Assembly (NCBI GenBank): GCA_041697335.1 | Contig: JBGUGD010000030.1 | Coordinates: 128,001 to 192,000, forward strand | Source of the DNA: Vampirovibrionaceae bacterium NZW_1234 | GTDB lineage: Bacteria > Cyanobacteriota > Vampirovibrionia > Vampirovibrionales > JAGQHJ01 | Direction: 5' to 3' | Length of the DNA: 64,000 nucleotides | Shown here: piece after piece, positions 41,079 to 51,623 of the stretch | Position numbering within the stretch: position 1 is the first letter of the stretch | How the letters are laid out: each line of letters starts with the position of its first letter | Program-made: the position numbers and the translations under genes | The notes under the pieces: generated by a model | Database searches by the model: none | Told to the model about the DNA's origin: nothing | The model's input: only the letters and a program-made list of their open reading frames with translations

Positions 41079-43571
41079 TTATTGGGGAACAACGATGTTG
41101 ACCAGTTTGTTCGGGACCACAATGACCTTGAGGGGTGTTTTGCCATCCATGAACTTTTGAACCCGGTCGTTTTCCAGGGCCATTTTTTCCAGCACCCCTT
41201 TTTCGGTGTTGAGCGGGACCGTGGCTTTTTCCCGGACCTTGCCGTTCACCTGGAAAACAACTTCCACAGAATCGGCAACCAAGGCCTCTGTATTCACCGA
41301 GGGCCAAGACTGATGGTGAACGGAACCGGAACCACCCAGTTTTTGCCACAGTTCTTCGGTCAGGTGGGGCGTGAGGGGGGCCATCAGAATTAACAACGTC
41401 TTGATGGCCAGACTGAAGACCGGATCCTTGGTATTGGTCGACACGGGGTATCGGCTGATGCCGTTTACAAATTCACGAACCTTGCTAATGACCGTATTGA
41501 ACTGGAATTCCTGGGACAAATCGGTGGTGACGCCCTGGATGGTCTGGTGCGTCAATTGATAAAGATCCCGTTGAAGGCCTTGTAAATCGCGGTAATTGGG
41601 CTCAGCTAAGGAGACATCCAAGGCTGACTGATTGTCCACAACCAGGCGCCAGGTTTTACGCAGAAACTTGTAGCACCCTTCGACACCGGCATCCTTCCAA
41701 TCAAAGTCACTTTGCGGTGGGGAATCGCTCAAGATAAAGAAGCGGGCAGTATCGGCCCCGTACTGGTGAAATACGGTATCGGGATCGACGGTGTTGCCTT
41801 TGGATTTACTCATCTTGGCGCCATCTTTCAGCACCATACCCTGCGTCAACAGGTTGTCGAAGGGTTCCAGAAAATTAATCAAGCCTTGATCATGCAAGAC
41901 CATGGTAAAGAAGCGTGCATAGAGCAAGTGCAAAATGGCGTGTTCAATCCCACCGACATACTGATCGACATTCATCCAGTGGTTGACGGTGGCGCTGTCA
42001 AAAATCCGGTCCTCGTTCAGGGGATCCACAAACCGCAAGAAGTACCAGCTGCTACAAACAAAGGTATCCATCGTGTCGGTTTCCCGGGTGGCTGGCCCGT
42101 GGCATTTGGGACAAGACGTATTTACAAAACTCTCAGACGTGCTGACGGGTGAGCGGCCTGTGACAGAAAAATCCACATCTTCAGGCAGGCGCACCGGCAG
42201 TTCGGATTCCGGGACCGGGACGACGTCACAGCTTGGGCAGTAAACCATAGGAATGGGTGCCCCCCAATACCGTTGACGAGAAACCAACCAGTCTCTGAGG
42301 CGGTATTGGGTTTTGGCACGGCCAAAACCGTTGGTTTCTGCAAACTGGGTGATGTGTTCCTTAGCTTCCTGGCTCTTTAACCCGTTAAACTGGCCGGAAT
42401 TGACCAGAATCCCCGGTTCGGTGTAAGCCTGGCTCTCAATATCCACGGAAAAGGCCGGGCTCTGGATGACCAGGCGTAGGGGTAGTTGATAGGCTTTGGC
42501 AAAGGCGTGATCCCGTTCATCGTGTCCAGGTACAGCCATCACAGCACCAGTACCGTATTCCAGGAGGACGTAGTCGGCAATCCATAAGGGCACTTTTTCC
42601 TGAGTGAAGGGGTTAATCACAAAAGAGCCCAAGGGCACCCCGGTTTTCTCCCGATCCGTGGAGGTGCGTTCAATTTCCGACTTGGTTCTGGCGCTTTGGC
42701 GATAGGCCTCCACGGCCTCTTTATGTTCAGCCGTGGTCAGTTGATCCACCAACGGATGTTCCGGGGCCAGGACCATGTAGGTGACCCCGAAGATGGTGTC
42801 CGGGCGGGTGGTATAAATGGTAATGGTCGTGTCAGGATGACCGTCCACGGCAAAGTCCACTTCGGTGCCTGTGGATTGACCAATCCAGTTGCGTTGCATG
42901 GTCTTGACCCGATCCGGCCATCCGGGCAAGTGGTCCAGGTTGTTTAAGAGGCGTTCGGCATAATCGGTGATTTTGAAGAACCATTGGCTGAGGTTTTTTC
43001 GGATTACCAGCGTGTCACAGCGCCAGCACAGGCCATCGATTACTTGCTCATTTGCCAAGACCGTGGCACAGGTCTCACACCAATTGACGGGGGCTTCTTT
43101 TTTGTAAGCTAACCCGGCTTTATAGAACAGTAAGAAGAGCCACTGGGTCCACTTGTAGTAGTCTTCACGACAGGTGAAAACCTCGCGATCCCAGTCATAA
43201 CTTAAACCTAAGGACTTGAGTTGGGCTCGCATATGGTCAATGTTTTCAAAGGTCCATTTGGCAGGGGGAATGCCACTCTTGATGGCCGCATTTTCGGCGG
43301 GTAAACCAAAACTGTCCCAGCCCATGGGGTGTAAGACATTGAACCCGTGCATTTTCTTGAAGCGGGCAATGACATCGGTGATGGTGTAATTGCGGACGTG
43401 CCCCATGTGCAATCGACCAGAAGGGTAGGGAAACATGGACAGCGCATAATACTTGGGACGGCTACTATCGGCAGTGTCGGTCTGATACTGTTTGTCGGTG
43501 TCCCATTGGGTCTGCCATTTGCGTTCAATGACCTGGGGTTCATAACTTTCAATTTGCAAGAGCGAATCCAT
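41079..43571 (-). CDS. leuS: Leucine--tRNA ligase
   Basis: MFPYPSG, HMGH, KMSKS, editing domain TTRPDT; likely start MDSLLQ at 43571. Confidence 0.98.
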   Translation of the reverse strand: MDSLLQIESYEPQVIERKWQTQWDTDKQYQTDTADSSRPKYYALSMFPYPSGRLHMGHVRNYTITDVIARFKKMHGFNVLHPMGWDSFGLPAENAAIKSGIPPAKWTFENIDHMRAQLKSLGLSYDWDREVFTCREDYYKWTQWLFLLFYKAGLAYKKEAPVNWCETCATVLANEQVIDGLCWRCDTLVIRKNLSQWFFKITDYAERLLNNLDHLPGWPDRVKTMQRNWIGQSTGTEVDFAVDGHPDTTITIYTTRPDTIFGVTYMVLAPEHPLVDQLTTAEHKEAVEAYRQSARTKSEIERTSTDREKTGVPLGSFVINPFTQEKVPLWIADYVLLEYGTGAVMAVPGHDERDHAFAKAYQLPLRLVIQSPAFSVDIESQAYTEPGILVNSGQFNGLKSQEAKEHITQFAETNGFGRAKTQYRLRDWLVSRQRYWGAPIPMVYCPSCDVVPVPESELPVRLPEDVDFSVTGRSPVSTSESFVNTSCPKCHGPATRETDTMDTFVCSSWYFLRFVDPLNEDRIFDSATVNHWMNVDQYVGGIEHAILHLLYARFFTMVLHDQGLINFLEPFDNLLTQGMVLKDGAKMSKSKGNTVDPDTVFHQYGADTARFFILSDSPPQSDFDWKDAGVEGCYKFLRKTWRLVVDNQSALDVSLAEPNYRDLQGLQRDLYQLTHQTIQGVTTDLSQEFQFNTVISKVREFVNGISRYPVSTNTKDPVFSLAIKTLLILMAPLTPHLTEELWQKLGGSGSVHHQSWPSVNTEALVADSVEVVFQVNGKVREKATVPLNTEKGVLEKMALENDRVQKFMDGKTPLKVIVVPNKLVNIVVPQ

Positions 43572-43919
43572 GGGGGGTGATAATCCTTCCTCTTCTGCTA
43601 TTGGCCTGTGATACCACTTGGCCGATAATGATGCCACTATTCTATCAAGGCTATCATGGCATAACTGCCATCGAGAGAAAAGAGGCCTTGAGGTGGGGGG
43701 GCTGGCTATTGGTCTGAAAAAGAGGAGTTTGGGGCGGGCATGTGAATTTATGTAAGGGTTTTTATCACGATGCGTCCCACCTGTTTAAGCGAGGCCTGAG
43801 CTGGGCATAATACCAAGGTAATTGATCTCACATCAATGAATTAACGAATCCTGACAAAATGGCTGCTTGTCTCGGTATCGGGGTGGACAATGGCGCTGAT
43901 GGAAGTGGAGATACACTCG

Positions 43920-44144
43920 ATGATAATGTCCTATCGATGGAAGTTTAGAATCCCGACCCGACCGAAGTGTCGAGGACAAGGTGTGATTGAGTATGCCGGT
44001 GCCATGATTGTGGCTGCGGCCATTGTTGCCGTTTTGGTTACCGGGATGCAGACGAATAATTGGATGTACAATGCCTATAACAATATTTATAATGCTTCAG
44101 GCAACTTGCTCATCAATACGCTGAACACCGGGCTTGGTATTTAG
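43920..44144 (+). CDS. Flp/Tad-type (class III signal) pilin-like protein
   Basis: Basic leader then RG|QGVIEY and hydrophobic helix AGAMIVAAAIVAVLV; GGAG SD. Confidence 0.78.
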   Translation: MIMSYRWKFRIPTRPKCRGQGVIEYAGAMIVAAAIVAVLVTGMQTNNWMYNAYNNIYNASGNLLINTLNTGLGI

Positions 44145-44158
44145 GGACCATAGTTGTG

Positions 44159-44464
44159 TCATAAGGTTGAGATTACGGCCTCTAAGAGAGGGTCGTGTTC
44201 TGGATCGTCTAAGAGCTTGGCAAACTGGTAGTCATCAAACTGGTATCGCTTGGGGTTAAGGCCAATAGGCCGAATCAATCCCCAGTCTTTCAGCAGCTTG
44301 AGTAGTTTTTTAACATCATCGCCCGGGACCTTGTATAGACGCGCCAAATCCGCTGAGGTTGGCAGGGTTTCATCGGGCGTGCCCGAGTCGTGGGCGTCAC
44401 GAGAGCACTCGCGAATGTGCTGGCAAAACTCGCACAAGAGTTGAATTCGACGTTCCGCTTTCAT
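44159..44464 (-). CDS. Small winged-helix-like protein
   Basis: LPTSADLARLYKV...VKKLLKLLKDWGLI resembles a GntR-type wHTH; AGGA SD. Confidence 0.6.
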   Translation of the reverse strand: MKAERRIQLLCEFCQHIRECSRDAHDSGTPDETLPTSADLARLYKVPGDDVKKLLKLLKDWGLIRPIGLNPKRYQFDDYQFAKLLDDPEHDPLLEAVISTL

Positions 44465-44760
44465 AGGTATCCTATCCTGTAACTTATTGTAAAGGATGCC
44501 TGTGAACTTTTATGACACAATCCGGCATTCAGGCGATGGCCTCGGGTTGGAAAAGTCAGTTGCTGATGGTGCTTTATTGAAATAGCGAGAGGGGCGAAAC
44601 CGAAAAAATATAAAACGTTACTATCTTTCATAAAACTTTAAATGCTGTATTGAAAATAAAAGATGAAGTTGCTATACTTAGTATAGTTAACCACCCTGTA
44701 ATTTTTTAAGGATGTTTTGTGACCTCGCATGTGAGCCCAGTTTGCAGTTTAAAGCGTACT

Positions 44761-45831
44761 ATGCTGAACCCGTTAATGCTGATGCGTTTTTTTGGCGCGT
44801 TGTTGATGATGTTGGTTTTGGTCAATCCTGCCTTTGCCAGAACAGCTTTGCCGGGAACCGGGGTCACTCCGAACGAAGGGATTCATCCATATAAGCATTC
44901 GTCCTATTATGAAGTGCAAGAAGGGTCCCGACTGGCTGATCAAGGATACTATGACAAAGCCATTCCACATTTTTGGAAAGCCGTTGAGCAAAATCCGGCC
45001 AGTGTGATGGCACAATATAACCTGGCTTACAGCTTGTTACAGTCGGCCGAAGAAGAGCCGGATCCGGTTCGGAAAAAGGCCAAGACCGACCAGGCAGAAT
45101 GGGCATTCTTGCGGGTTCGGGATTTGAACCCCGAACTGACCCTGACGTATTACAAGCTGGGTAAGATTGCCTTGGCTCGTGAAGATTACAAAACGGCTGC
45201 CGAGTATTATGAATCCGGAGTCCAGAGTGTTCCGGACAATGCGGCCCTGTGGTTTAATCTGGCGGCCACCTATGAAAAACGCAATCTCACCATGAAGGCT
45301 GAGCGGGCATATATTAAAGCCATTGGTGCTAATCCCAAATTTGTTTATGCCCACAATAACCTGGGCCTGTTGTATGAACAAAGCCAACGTCTTCCAGAAG
45401 CCGAAGCCGTGTATCGCAACGCATTGGCTCAGGTGCCTGAGTATAATTATGCTCGCTTGAACCTGGGTAGCTTGCTGCAAGGCCAGGGCCGTTTAGAAGA
45501 AGCCCAACAGCTGTATCAGGAAGCTATTAGTTATGAGCCTGAAAATGCTTGGGCACATCTGTACCTGGGCAACACCTACTATCGTAAAGGCGAGTATCAA
45601 AAAGCGCTGGATTCCTACCAGGTGGCTCGTAAGCTGAATCCGGAGTATGCAACGACTTATTACCTGATGTCGCTGGTTTACCAAAAACTGAATCGCAATG
45701 ATGAAGCCCTGGCCAGTGGGATGCAATACATTAATCTGGCCCCGGGTGGTGCGTTCTCCCAAGAAGCCAACGAGTTGGTGTTGACCCTGCAACAGGCCAT
45801 TAAACGTGCCGTCAATCTTGAAAAACCTTAA
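44761..45831 (+). CDS. Exported TPR-repeat protein
   Basis: Signal peptide (..NPAFA), about 8 TPR units (AHNNLGLLY, ARLNLGSLL, AHLYLGNTY). Confidence 0.88.
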   Translation: MLNPLMLMRFFGALLMMLVLVNPAFARTALPGTGVTPNEGIHPYKHSSYYEVQEGSRLADQGYYDKAIPHFWKAVEQNPASVMAQYNLAYSLLQSAEEEPDPVRKKAKTDQAEWAFLRVRDLNPELTLTYYKLGKIALAREDYKTAAEYYESGVQSVPDNAALWFNLAATYEKRNLTMKAERAYIKAIGANPKFVYAHNNLGLLYEQSQRLPEAEAVYRNALAQVPEYNYARLNLGSLLQGQGRLEEAQQLYQEAISYEPENAWAHLYLGNTYYRKGEYQKALDSYQVARKLNPEYATTYYLMSLVYQKLNRNDEALASGMQYINLAPGGAFSQEANELVLTLQQAIKRAVNLEKP

Positions 45832-45902
45832 TCCCACCCGGCCGCTTCAAAAATCAATGCTATGATAATCCTAAGTGGTGGATACGAGAGGAGCATTGTG
45901 TC

Positions 45903-46280
45903 ATGCAAACAACGGTTTCAAGCGATGAAAAATTAATGGCTGCCTTGGGATACTGGTGCAGCATCGTGTTGTGGTTGATTCCGGCGTTAATCATTTATTT
46001 GGTCAAAAAAGATCAGTCCAGCTTTATTAAAAAGCATGCCCTACAAGCTATTTTGCTTAATGTCGCTGCCTTTGCCGTGATTGGGATTGGTTTGTCAATT
46101 GTGAGTGGCGTTATTGGCAGCATTACCCTGGGGCTGGGCAGCTTACTGGTGATGCTGGTTCAGGTCTGTGCGTATTTGGCGGCCATGGTGTATGTGGTCA
46201 TCCTGGGGGTTAAGACCTTCCAAGGGGAAGACCCGGATATTCCCATGCTGACCGATATGCTTCGCAATCACCTGAGCTAA
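45903..46280 (+). CDS. DUF4870 family membrane protein
   Basis: DEKLMAALGY, LIIYLVKKD.S.FIKKHALQA, three TM helices. Confidence 0.8.
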   Translation: MQTTVSSDEKLMAALGYWCSIVLWLIPALIIYLVKKDQSSFIKKHALQAILLNVAAFAVIGIGLSIVSGVIGSITLGLGSLLVMLVQVCAYLAAMVYVVILGVKTFQGEDPDIPMLTDMLRNHLS

Positions 46281-46323
46281 CATGCCTTTTCGCAGCAATT
46301 GAACAGACTGCAAATTTGGGGGC

Positions 46324-47289
46324 TTATCCCACAGGCTCCAGCGAAATCGGCGTATCGTGTGGGGTCATGCCTAATTTCCCCAGCAACCGATGGTCCGCGT
46401 CCCCTCCGGGGTTGGGTGTTGTCAGGAGCTTTTCGCCTGTGAAAATGGAATTGGCACCTGCTAAGAAGCAGAGGGCTTGGGCTTCATCGGTAAGTTGGGT
46501 GCGGCCTGCCGACAGGCGAATGACGGCGCCAGGAATGGCGATGCGCACTGTGGCAATGGTCCGAATCAGCTCGAAGGGATCAATAAAAGGTTGGCCTCCC
46601 AGGGGTGTGCCCTCCACGGGGACCAGTGCATTGATGGGCACTGATTCGGGAGGCGGATCAATTTGCGTAAGAGCATGAATAAAGCCGATACGGTCTTGTA
46701 ATGACTCACCCAAGCCCACAATACCCCCACAACAGACCTGAATGCCGGCCTGTTGGACGTTATCAATGGTGCGCAAACGATCTTCAAAGCTTCTGGTGGT
46801 AATGATTTGCTGGTAATACTCGGGTGAGGTATCAATGTTGTGGTTATAGGCTGTTAAACCGGCTTCCTTTAGGCGCTGGGCCTGCTCCAAGGTCAGCATG
46901 CCCAAGGTTACACACGCTTCCATGCCCAGGTTTCGGACGGTGTTGACCAACTCCAAAACGTGATCAAAGTCTTTGCCGTCTCGGACTTCTCGCCAGGCCG
47001 CTCCCATGCACAGGCGGGTGGAACCGGCTTCTTTGGCAGCCAGGGCTTGTGATTGGATTTCTTCCACCGAGGGCAGCGACCATGTGTCAATACCGGTATT
47101 GTAGCGGGCACTTTGTGGACAGTAGGAACAGTCCTCTGGGCAATTTCCCGATTTGATATTCGACAAGGTACAGAACTGGATGCTGTTGGGGTCATGAAAC
47201 CGCCGGTGAACTTGTTGTGCTTCGAACAACAGATCAGGAAAGGGGAGGGCATAGAGGTTGGCAAGAGCATCAATCGTCCAATGGTCCAT
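46324..47289 (-). CDS. bioB: Biotin synthase
   Basis: CPEDCSYCPQS radical SAM motif, YNHNIDT, SVPIN, IRLSAGR, AGANSIF; AGAAAGGAG SD before ATG 47289. Confidence 0.97.
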   Translation of the reverse strand: MDHWTIDALANLYALPFPDLLFEAQQVHRRFHDPNSIQFCTLSNIKSGNCPEDCSYCPQSARYNTGIDTWSLPSVEEIQSQALAAKEAGSTRLCMGAAWREVRDGKDFDHVLELVNTVRNLGMEACVTLGMLTLEQAQRLKEAGLTAYNHNIDTSPEYYQQIITTRSFEDRLRTIDNVQQAGIQVCCGGIVGLGESLQDRIGFIHALTQIDPPPESVPINALVPVEGTPLGGQPFIDPFELIRTIATVRIAIPGAVIRLSAGRTQLTDEAQALCFLAGANSIFTGEKLLTTPNPGGDADHRLLGKLGMTPHDTPISLEPVG

Positions 47290-47498
47290 AGCCGGAAGCT
47301 CCTTTCTAAATCGCATGGCTGTCGTTAACAGACTGTACCATGAACACACCGTTCTCGGACCTGAGACAGGGGATCGGAACCCTGGGCTCGGATTGGGGCA
47401 AAAAGCGACCTCTTCCCTGAAATGCAAAGTGCTTCTACAATACGAGTAGTGGAAACGCTGTTTATTTATTACTAGAGCAGAATGAGGAAGGAGTACAC

Positions 47499-47972
47499 AT
47501 GATGCGGATTAATTGGGCATCAACCATTACGGCGGGTATTTTTGCGTCCATTGCGGTTATTTTTCTTACCATGTTGGTTCCGCGTCTGGTTGGGATGGAG
47601 CCCATTGACCTCACCTGGAACATAGGCTCCAACTTGAGTATCCAGTCGCCCCATGTGGCTGGGACCTTGTTTCTCTCACTGATGGGGATTCTTTGGGCTG
47701 CCATCTTCTCCGTGGTGTACAATATTTTGCCTGGTAATACGCTGATGAAGGGGACGATTTTTGGGTTGGTTGTGGGGGGCTTTTCACTGGCGGTGTTGCC
47801 GAATATCTTACCCACGATGAGTCAGTTGTTGGGGGTGGTAAACCAGAATGCTGCTGTTAACGCTTTGAGTATGAATGTTACGACTCTTATTACGCTGGTG
47901 GCCTATGTGATGTTCGGTATTATCATTGCAAAGAGCCATGCTCCTTTGGTCAATTCGTCCAACGAAATCTAG
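47499..47972 (+). CDS. Four-TM membrane protein of unknown function
   Basis: Hydrophobic helices, LPGNTLMKGTIFG; AAGGAG SD. Confidence 0.78.
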   Translation: MMRINWASTITAGIFASIAVIFLTMLVPRLVGMEPIDLTWNIGSNLSIQSPHVAGTLFLSLMGILWAAIFSVVYNILPGNTLMKGTIFGLVVGGFSLAVLPNILPTMSQLLGVVNQNAAVNALSMNVTTLITLVAYVMFGIIIAKSHAPLVNSSNEI

Positions 47973-48004
47973 GCACAGGCTATACGAAAACGAAAACTAT
48001 CCGC

Positions 48005-48045
48005 AAAAACACCGGTTTTGCTCTATGGGCAAGGTCGGTGTTTTT
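48005..48045 (+). terminator. Probable intrinsic terminator
   Basis: aaaaacaccggttttgc...gcaaggtcggtgttttt hairpin. Confidence 0.7.
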
Positions 48046-48303
48046 CATGGCGTTGCAGGTCGGTTACTTTTATGGCATAGTCTTTACCCTACTTTTCAGG
48101 GAAACACCGGTGTAACTCCGGGGCTGTGCCGCAACGGTAATCCCTTCTTTGGGAAAGCCCGAATACCTGAGACCACAACAGATCTTGCGAGCACAAGAAA
48201 GGGTCTGCATGATTTTTTGTAATGTCTCGATCACTGTGATCGAATTGCGACAACTGTCACCGTGGTGTCTGGCAGTGTCCGCCTGGCCTGATGGTATAAG
48301 GCC

Positions 48304-49707
48304 ATGATGTACGGGGCGCCGGTTCACTATGGCTATCCTACCTATGGCGTGGCCTATTCCCCTCGGTTTCGGCCTTCTGGACCTCTGAGTCCACCACCGG
48401 ATGTTACCCGGCTGGCGAGCCTGGAAAAATCCTCGTTGGCATTGAAAGATGAGGCTTTGCCTCATGCGGCTCTGGATGTTCATTGGGATACGACACAACG
48501 GCCCTATCGCTATCTTGGGCCTGCTCAGGTTGCGGCTCTCTTTTTGGGCGGTGTGGCTACAGCGTTTGGGCTAAACTGGTTTATCCGCGGGGCCCGTCTT
48601 CCTTCGTTCAGTAAGCTTTTTAATCAGTACCAGGATACAATGTCAAGCCCAATGCGAAAACTGGCCAAACGTGCCAAGTGGCCCAAAGGCGCAACCAAGC
48701 GTGGGCAGTCCATTGGCATCTATTTTCTCGAGGGCTTAGGTTCTGTCCTGCAGTTTGCCATGAAAAATCCCGAGGTTCGTGGGCGCCTGATGGCGTATCT
48801 GGGGGCAACCAGCCTTGGGTATCTGGGCGGCAGTGTGTTGGGTGGTGCCCAAGAGGTGTGGGTGCGACAGGAAGAGACATTGATTCGAGCGAACTTGATT
48901 CGACAACTGAGCAGTAACTTTCGTAAGAGCATTCAGTACAAAGGCCAACTGGATGATCATCTTCGGGACAAGGCCAAACGCCGTATTCTAAGTATTTTGA
49001 AGCACTATCGGGTTCCCAACCCCGAGGAACTGATGTCCCCGGCTGCGGATGTGCCATTTTCTCGCTACAGTCGCTATCCCTATGAGCCGACACACTTTTC
49101 ATTGCCCTATGCCCTTGCCTCTGCATCCCGGTTTCGAGGCCAATCGGGCGATGATGTGCTCCCCGTCGATGTTATTGGGGTCACTCCGGCTCGCTTGAAC
49201 TGGGTCAAAGGAGGTATTTGGGCGGCTGGGATGGCATGCGGCTTGATGGGGCAAATGGTTGTGTCTATGATGAAGCCGGCACAGCGTTTGCCGCGTATTA
49301 AATCCCTGTCTCGGGTATTTAATGTCCGAGATATTGAGGCCTTATTTTTGACAGGCAGCGGTCGCGGACTCTGGGCAGTGTTGGGCCTGACGGCGCTGGC
49401 CAAGATTGGGAAAATGATGGTGGATGGGTACCGTGAAATTGAAGTTACTCGTCAGCATGCCAATACAGAGCTACGCTATCAGTCCTATAACTGGCTTGCC
49501 TTGGATCCGGAATTTCATCGGATCGCTGAAGAGGAAGCGCTGGAAGAAGCATTACAAAAGCTTAAAGAGGCATTACCTCAGGAAAGCTATGAACGCTCTG
49601 CTCTGGCACAGCGAATTAAGACGATTTTGACCAATGTGGGGCGTAATTCTGCGCCTAAATACTTCCAGATGACGCCTCCCGTTAGTTTGGTTGCTGCTCG
49701 CGGTTAG
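48304..49707 (+). CDS. Hypothetical membrane-associated protein with two-fold internal duplication
   Basis: 467-aa ORF; two halves each with a Tyr/Pro-rich segment, RFR, Gly-rich hydrophobic helices and an E(V/I)xV helix. Confidence 0.78.
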   Translation: MMYGAPVHYGYPTYGVAYSPRFRPSGPLSPPPDVTRLASLEKSSLALKDEALPHAALDVHWDTTQRPYRYLGPAQVAALFLGGVATAFGLNWFIRGARLPSFSKLFNQYQDTMSSPMRKLAKRAKWPKGATKRGQSIGIYFLEGLGSVLQFAMKNPEVRGRLMAYLGATSLGYLGGSVLGGAQEVWVRQEETLIRANLIRQLSSNFRKSIQYKGQLDDHLRDKAKRRILSILKHYRVPNPEELMSPAADVPFSRYSRYPYEPTHFSLPYALASASRFRGQSGDDVLPVDVIGVTPARLNWVKGGIWAAGMACGLMGQMVVSMMKPAQRLPRIKSLSRVFNVRDIEALFLTGSGRGLWAVLGLTALAKIGKMMVDGYREIEVTRQHANTELRYQSYNWLALDPEFHRIAEEEALEEALQKLKEALPQESYERSALAQRIKTILTNVGRNSAPKYFQMTPPVSLVAARG

Positions 49708-51314
49708 TAGGCCCCCGGCATGACGGGGACCACGGGCATCGGTGTGATGCCAGCCTGAGGGAACATCATCATGTTCAAGGCTTGTCCTGCCATCTGCTGT
49801 AGGGCTTGTTGGCTGGCAGAAGGGATTTGGCCTTGGCGGTATCCGGCCTGCTGCATCAGTCGCTGCATCCGTTGGGCAATAGGGTACTGGGGGTAGGTGA
49901 TACCAAACACCTGTTGTTCGAGTTGATTGAGTCGGAATGTCAGGGCCATGCCGTGGTAGGTTTGACCAAAGAATTGTTGCTCCAGCATACTCAAGGACGG
50001 CCCGTACTGATTGGCCATAGCTGTTACGGCGCTGTTCATGCCAGGGTTGATCGTGTAGGGTGTTCCCAAAGGTGGGGTCTGGATTAAGGGCGGGATTAAC
50101 GAATTGGACGGTGTTGGGTTTGGATAAGATTGGGCATGCCAGGGATGTTGCGGGCTCTGAAAAGGATATTGGATGGGATGCCCATAATAGGGCTGAATAG
50201 AAGGTGTATTGGGCATTGCCAGGGAGTTGCCCTGAAACGGTGTCATAACTTGAGTTTGCTGACGGGTGGTCCATGAACTGGGGCCGGAATACACATGGGT
50301 TTGGGTTGAGGAACTCATCCCTCCCCCCACCATTGCCGGGCCTTGAAGACTGTTTTCCTGTGTCTGGGCTTGTCCTTGGCCCTGGGTTTCCAGGCGATGG
50401 CGCACATGGGCCGGGAGCATATTCAGCATTTCCGAGCTGAATTGGTAATTGCTGCCGTACATGCTCCCCAAATGGACCTGAGGGCCTGTTGGGTAGCGTC
50501 GAGCAGGTGGTGATGAATAAGGGCTCTGACTGATATCGGATTGCGCCGAAGGTCGCTCCATATAGTGTGACAACAGGCGCTCCAGACGGTCGTCTATGGC
50601 CCCTTGACGGGGGCCGCCAAAGACTTTCTTTTCCAGGCGGGTTAAGCGGTTGACAATCAATTCGCCGCCAAAGGACTTGCCGAACAAATATTCTTCCAGG
50701 GCCGTTAGTTTGGAATAAATTCCCAGATTGCTACTGGCGAATTCGGTACCTTGGCTTGGTAGTCCACCGGTGGATTTTTCTTCCTGAATAAGTGGGTTTT
50801 CTGGTAAAACTTTCAGCGTCAGTTGATCGACCCGGTCAACCATGGGCAATTCGTTGAAGGTTTGTTGAAAGACCCGTTGCTCCAGACGGTTCAGGCGAGA
50901 GGCGATGTCTTCCTGTGAAAAGGTTCGCTCAAAGAGGTTTTTTTCCATCTGGCTCACGGTGGGGTAATCGGTTCCATCCTGGGCACGCTTGAAGCCGGAC
51001 TCAGCCTGGGGGACTTTGGCGGTCGAAGGGGGTGTTTGCTGTGATGAGGCTTTTTGGCTTTGAGGAGCCAGGGTGGCAAACGCACTGATCAATTTTGTCT
51101 GGCGCTGTGTTAGGTCTCCCGTGCCAGCTTTTCCATAGAGTATGGATTCCAGTCGAGAAATACGTTCTTCTAAGGGGTCTGGGCCATATTCTCGTCCCAG
51201 CACTTGTTGCTCGAGGAGGGTTAAGGGTTCCGCTTCTGAATCGGCAAAAGCTGTTGGGAGTAATCCCAGAGTCAGCAGGAATGTCAGCAGAGACCAAGTT
51301 ACCAAACGGATCAT
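49704..51314 (-). CDS. Secreted protein with four LE-x3-FG...RLxxLE repeat modules
   Basis: Signal peptide (..PTAFA); four ~45-aa modules separated by Q/P/S-rich linkers. Confidence 0.83.
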   Translation of the reverse strand: MIRLVTWSLLTFLLTLGLLPTAFADSEAEPLTLLEQQVLGREYGPDPLEERISRLESILYGKAGTGDLTQRQTKLISAFATLAPQSQKASSQQTPPSTAKVPQAESGFKRAQDGTDYPTVSQMEKNLFERTFSQEDIASRLNRLEQRVFQQTFNELPMVDRVDQLTLKVLPENPLIQEEKSTGGLPSQGTEFASSNLGIYSKLTALEEYLFGKSFGGELIVNRLTRLEKKVFGGPRQGAIDDRLERLLSHYMERPSAQSDISQSPYSSPPARRYPTGPQVHLGSMYGSNYQFSSEMLNMLPAHVRHRLETQGQGQAQTQENSLQGPAMVGGGMSSSTQTHVYSGPSSWTTRQQTQVMTPFQGNSLAMPNTPSIQPYYGHPIQYPFQSPQHPWHAQSYPNPTPSNSLIPPLIQTPPLGTPYTINPGMNSAVTAMANQYGPSLSMLEQQFFGQTYHGMALTFRLNQLEQQVFGITYPQYPIAQRMQRLMQQAGYRQGQIPSASQQALQQMAGQALNMMMFPQAGITPMPVVPVMPGAY

Positions 51315-51623
51315 GGGGGTGATTCCTATTCCGGGCCTGGTAGTAGGCGTGTCCCGCTTCGACCCAACGGATTTGAGGACACTAATTCTATTGTGACCTA
51401 AGTCGAGGCAGCTGTAAATCGTTTGGATAGAGAGTTATTTCGGCTGCTCGACGCATCGTCGACCATTGATCGATACTCTGGATTGGCAATCGCATGACAA
51501 GGACGCGTCAGCATCTCGGGGGTGACGATTTGGCTAAAGACCTGGTCTAAAAATACGCTTTGGTTTGATGCTTCGAAAAAAAGGAAGAGAGCGAATGTTG
51601 AGGATGTGCTTCACGAGCAGACT

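Noticed and set aside
47300..47335. BirA operator upstream of bioB (GTTAACA half-site)
   Set aside because: No matching second half-site at the proper spacing, and the BirA in this window lacks the HTH domain.
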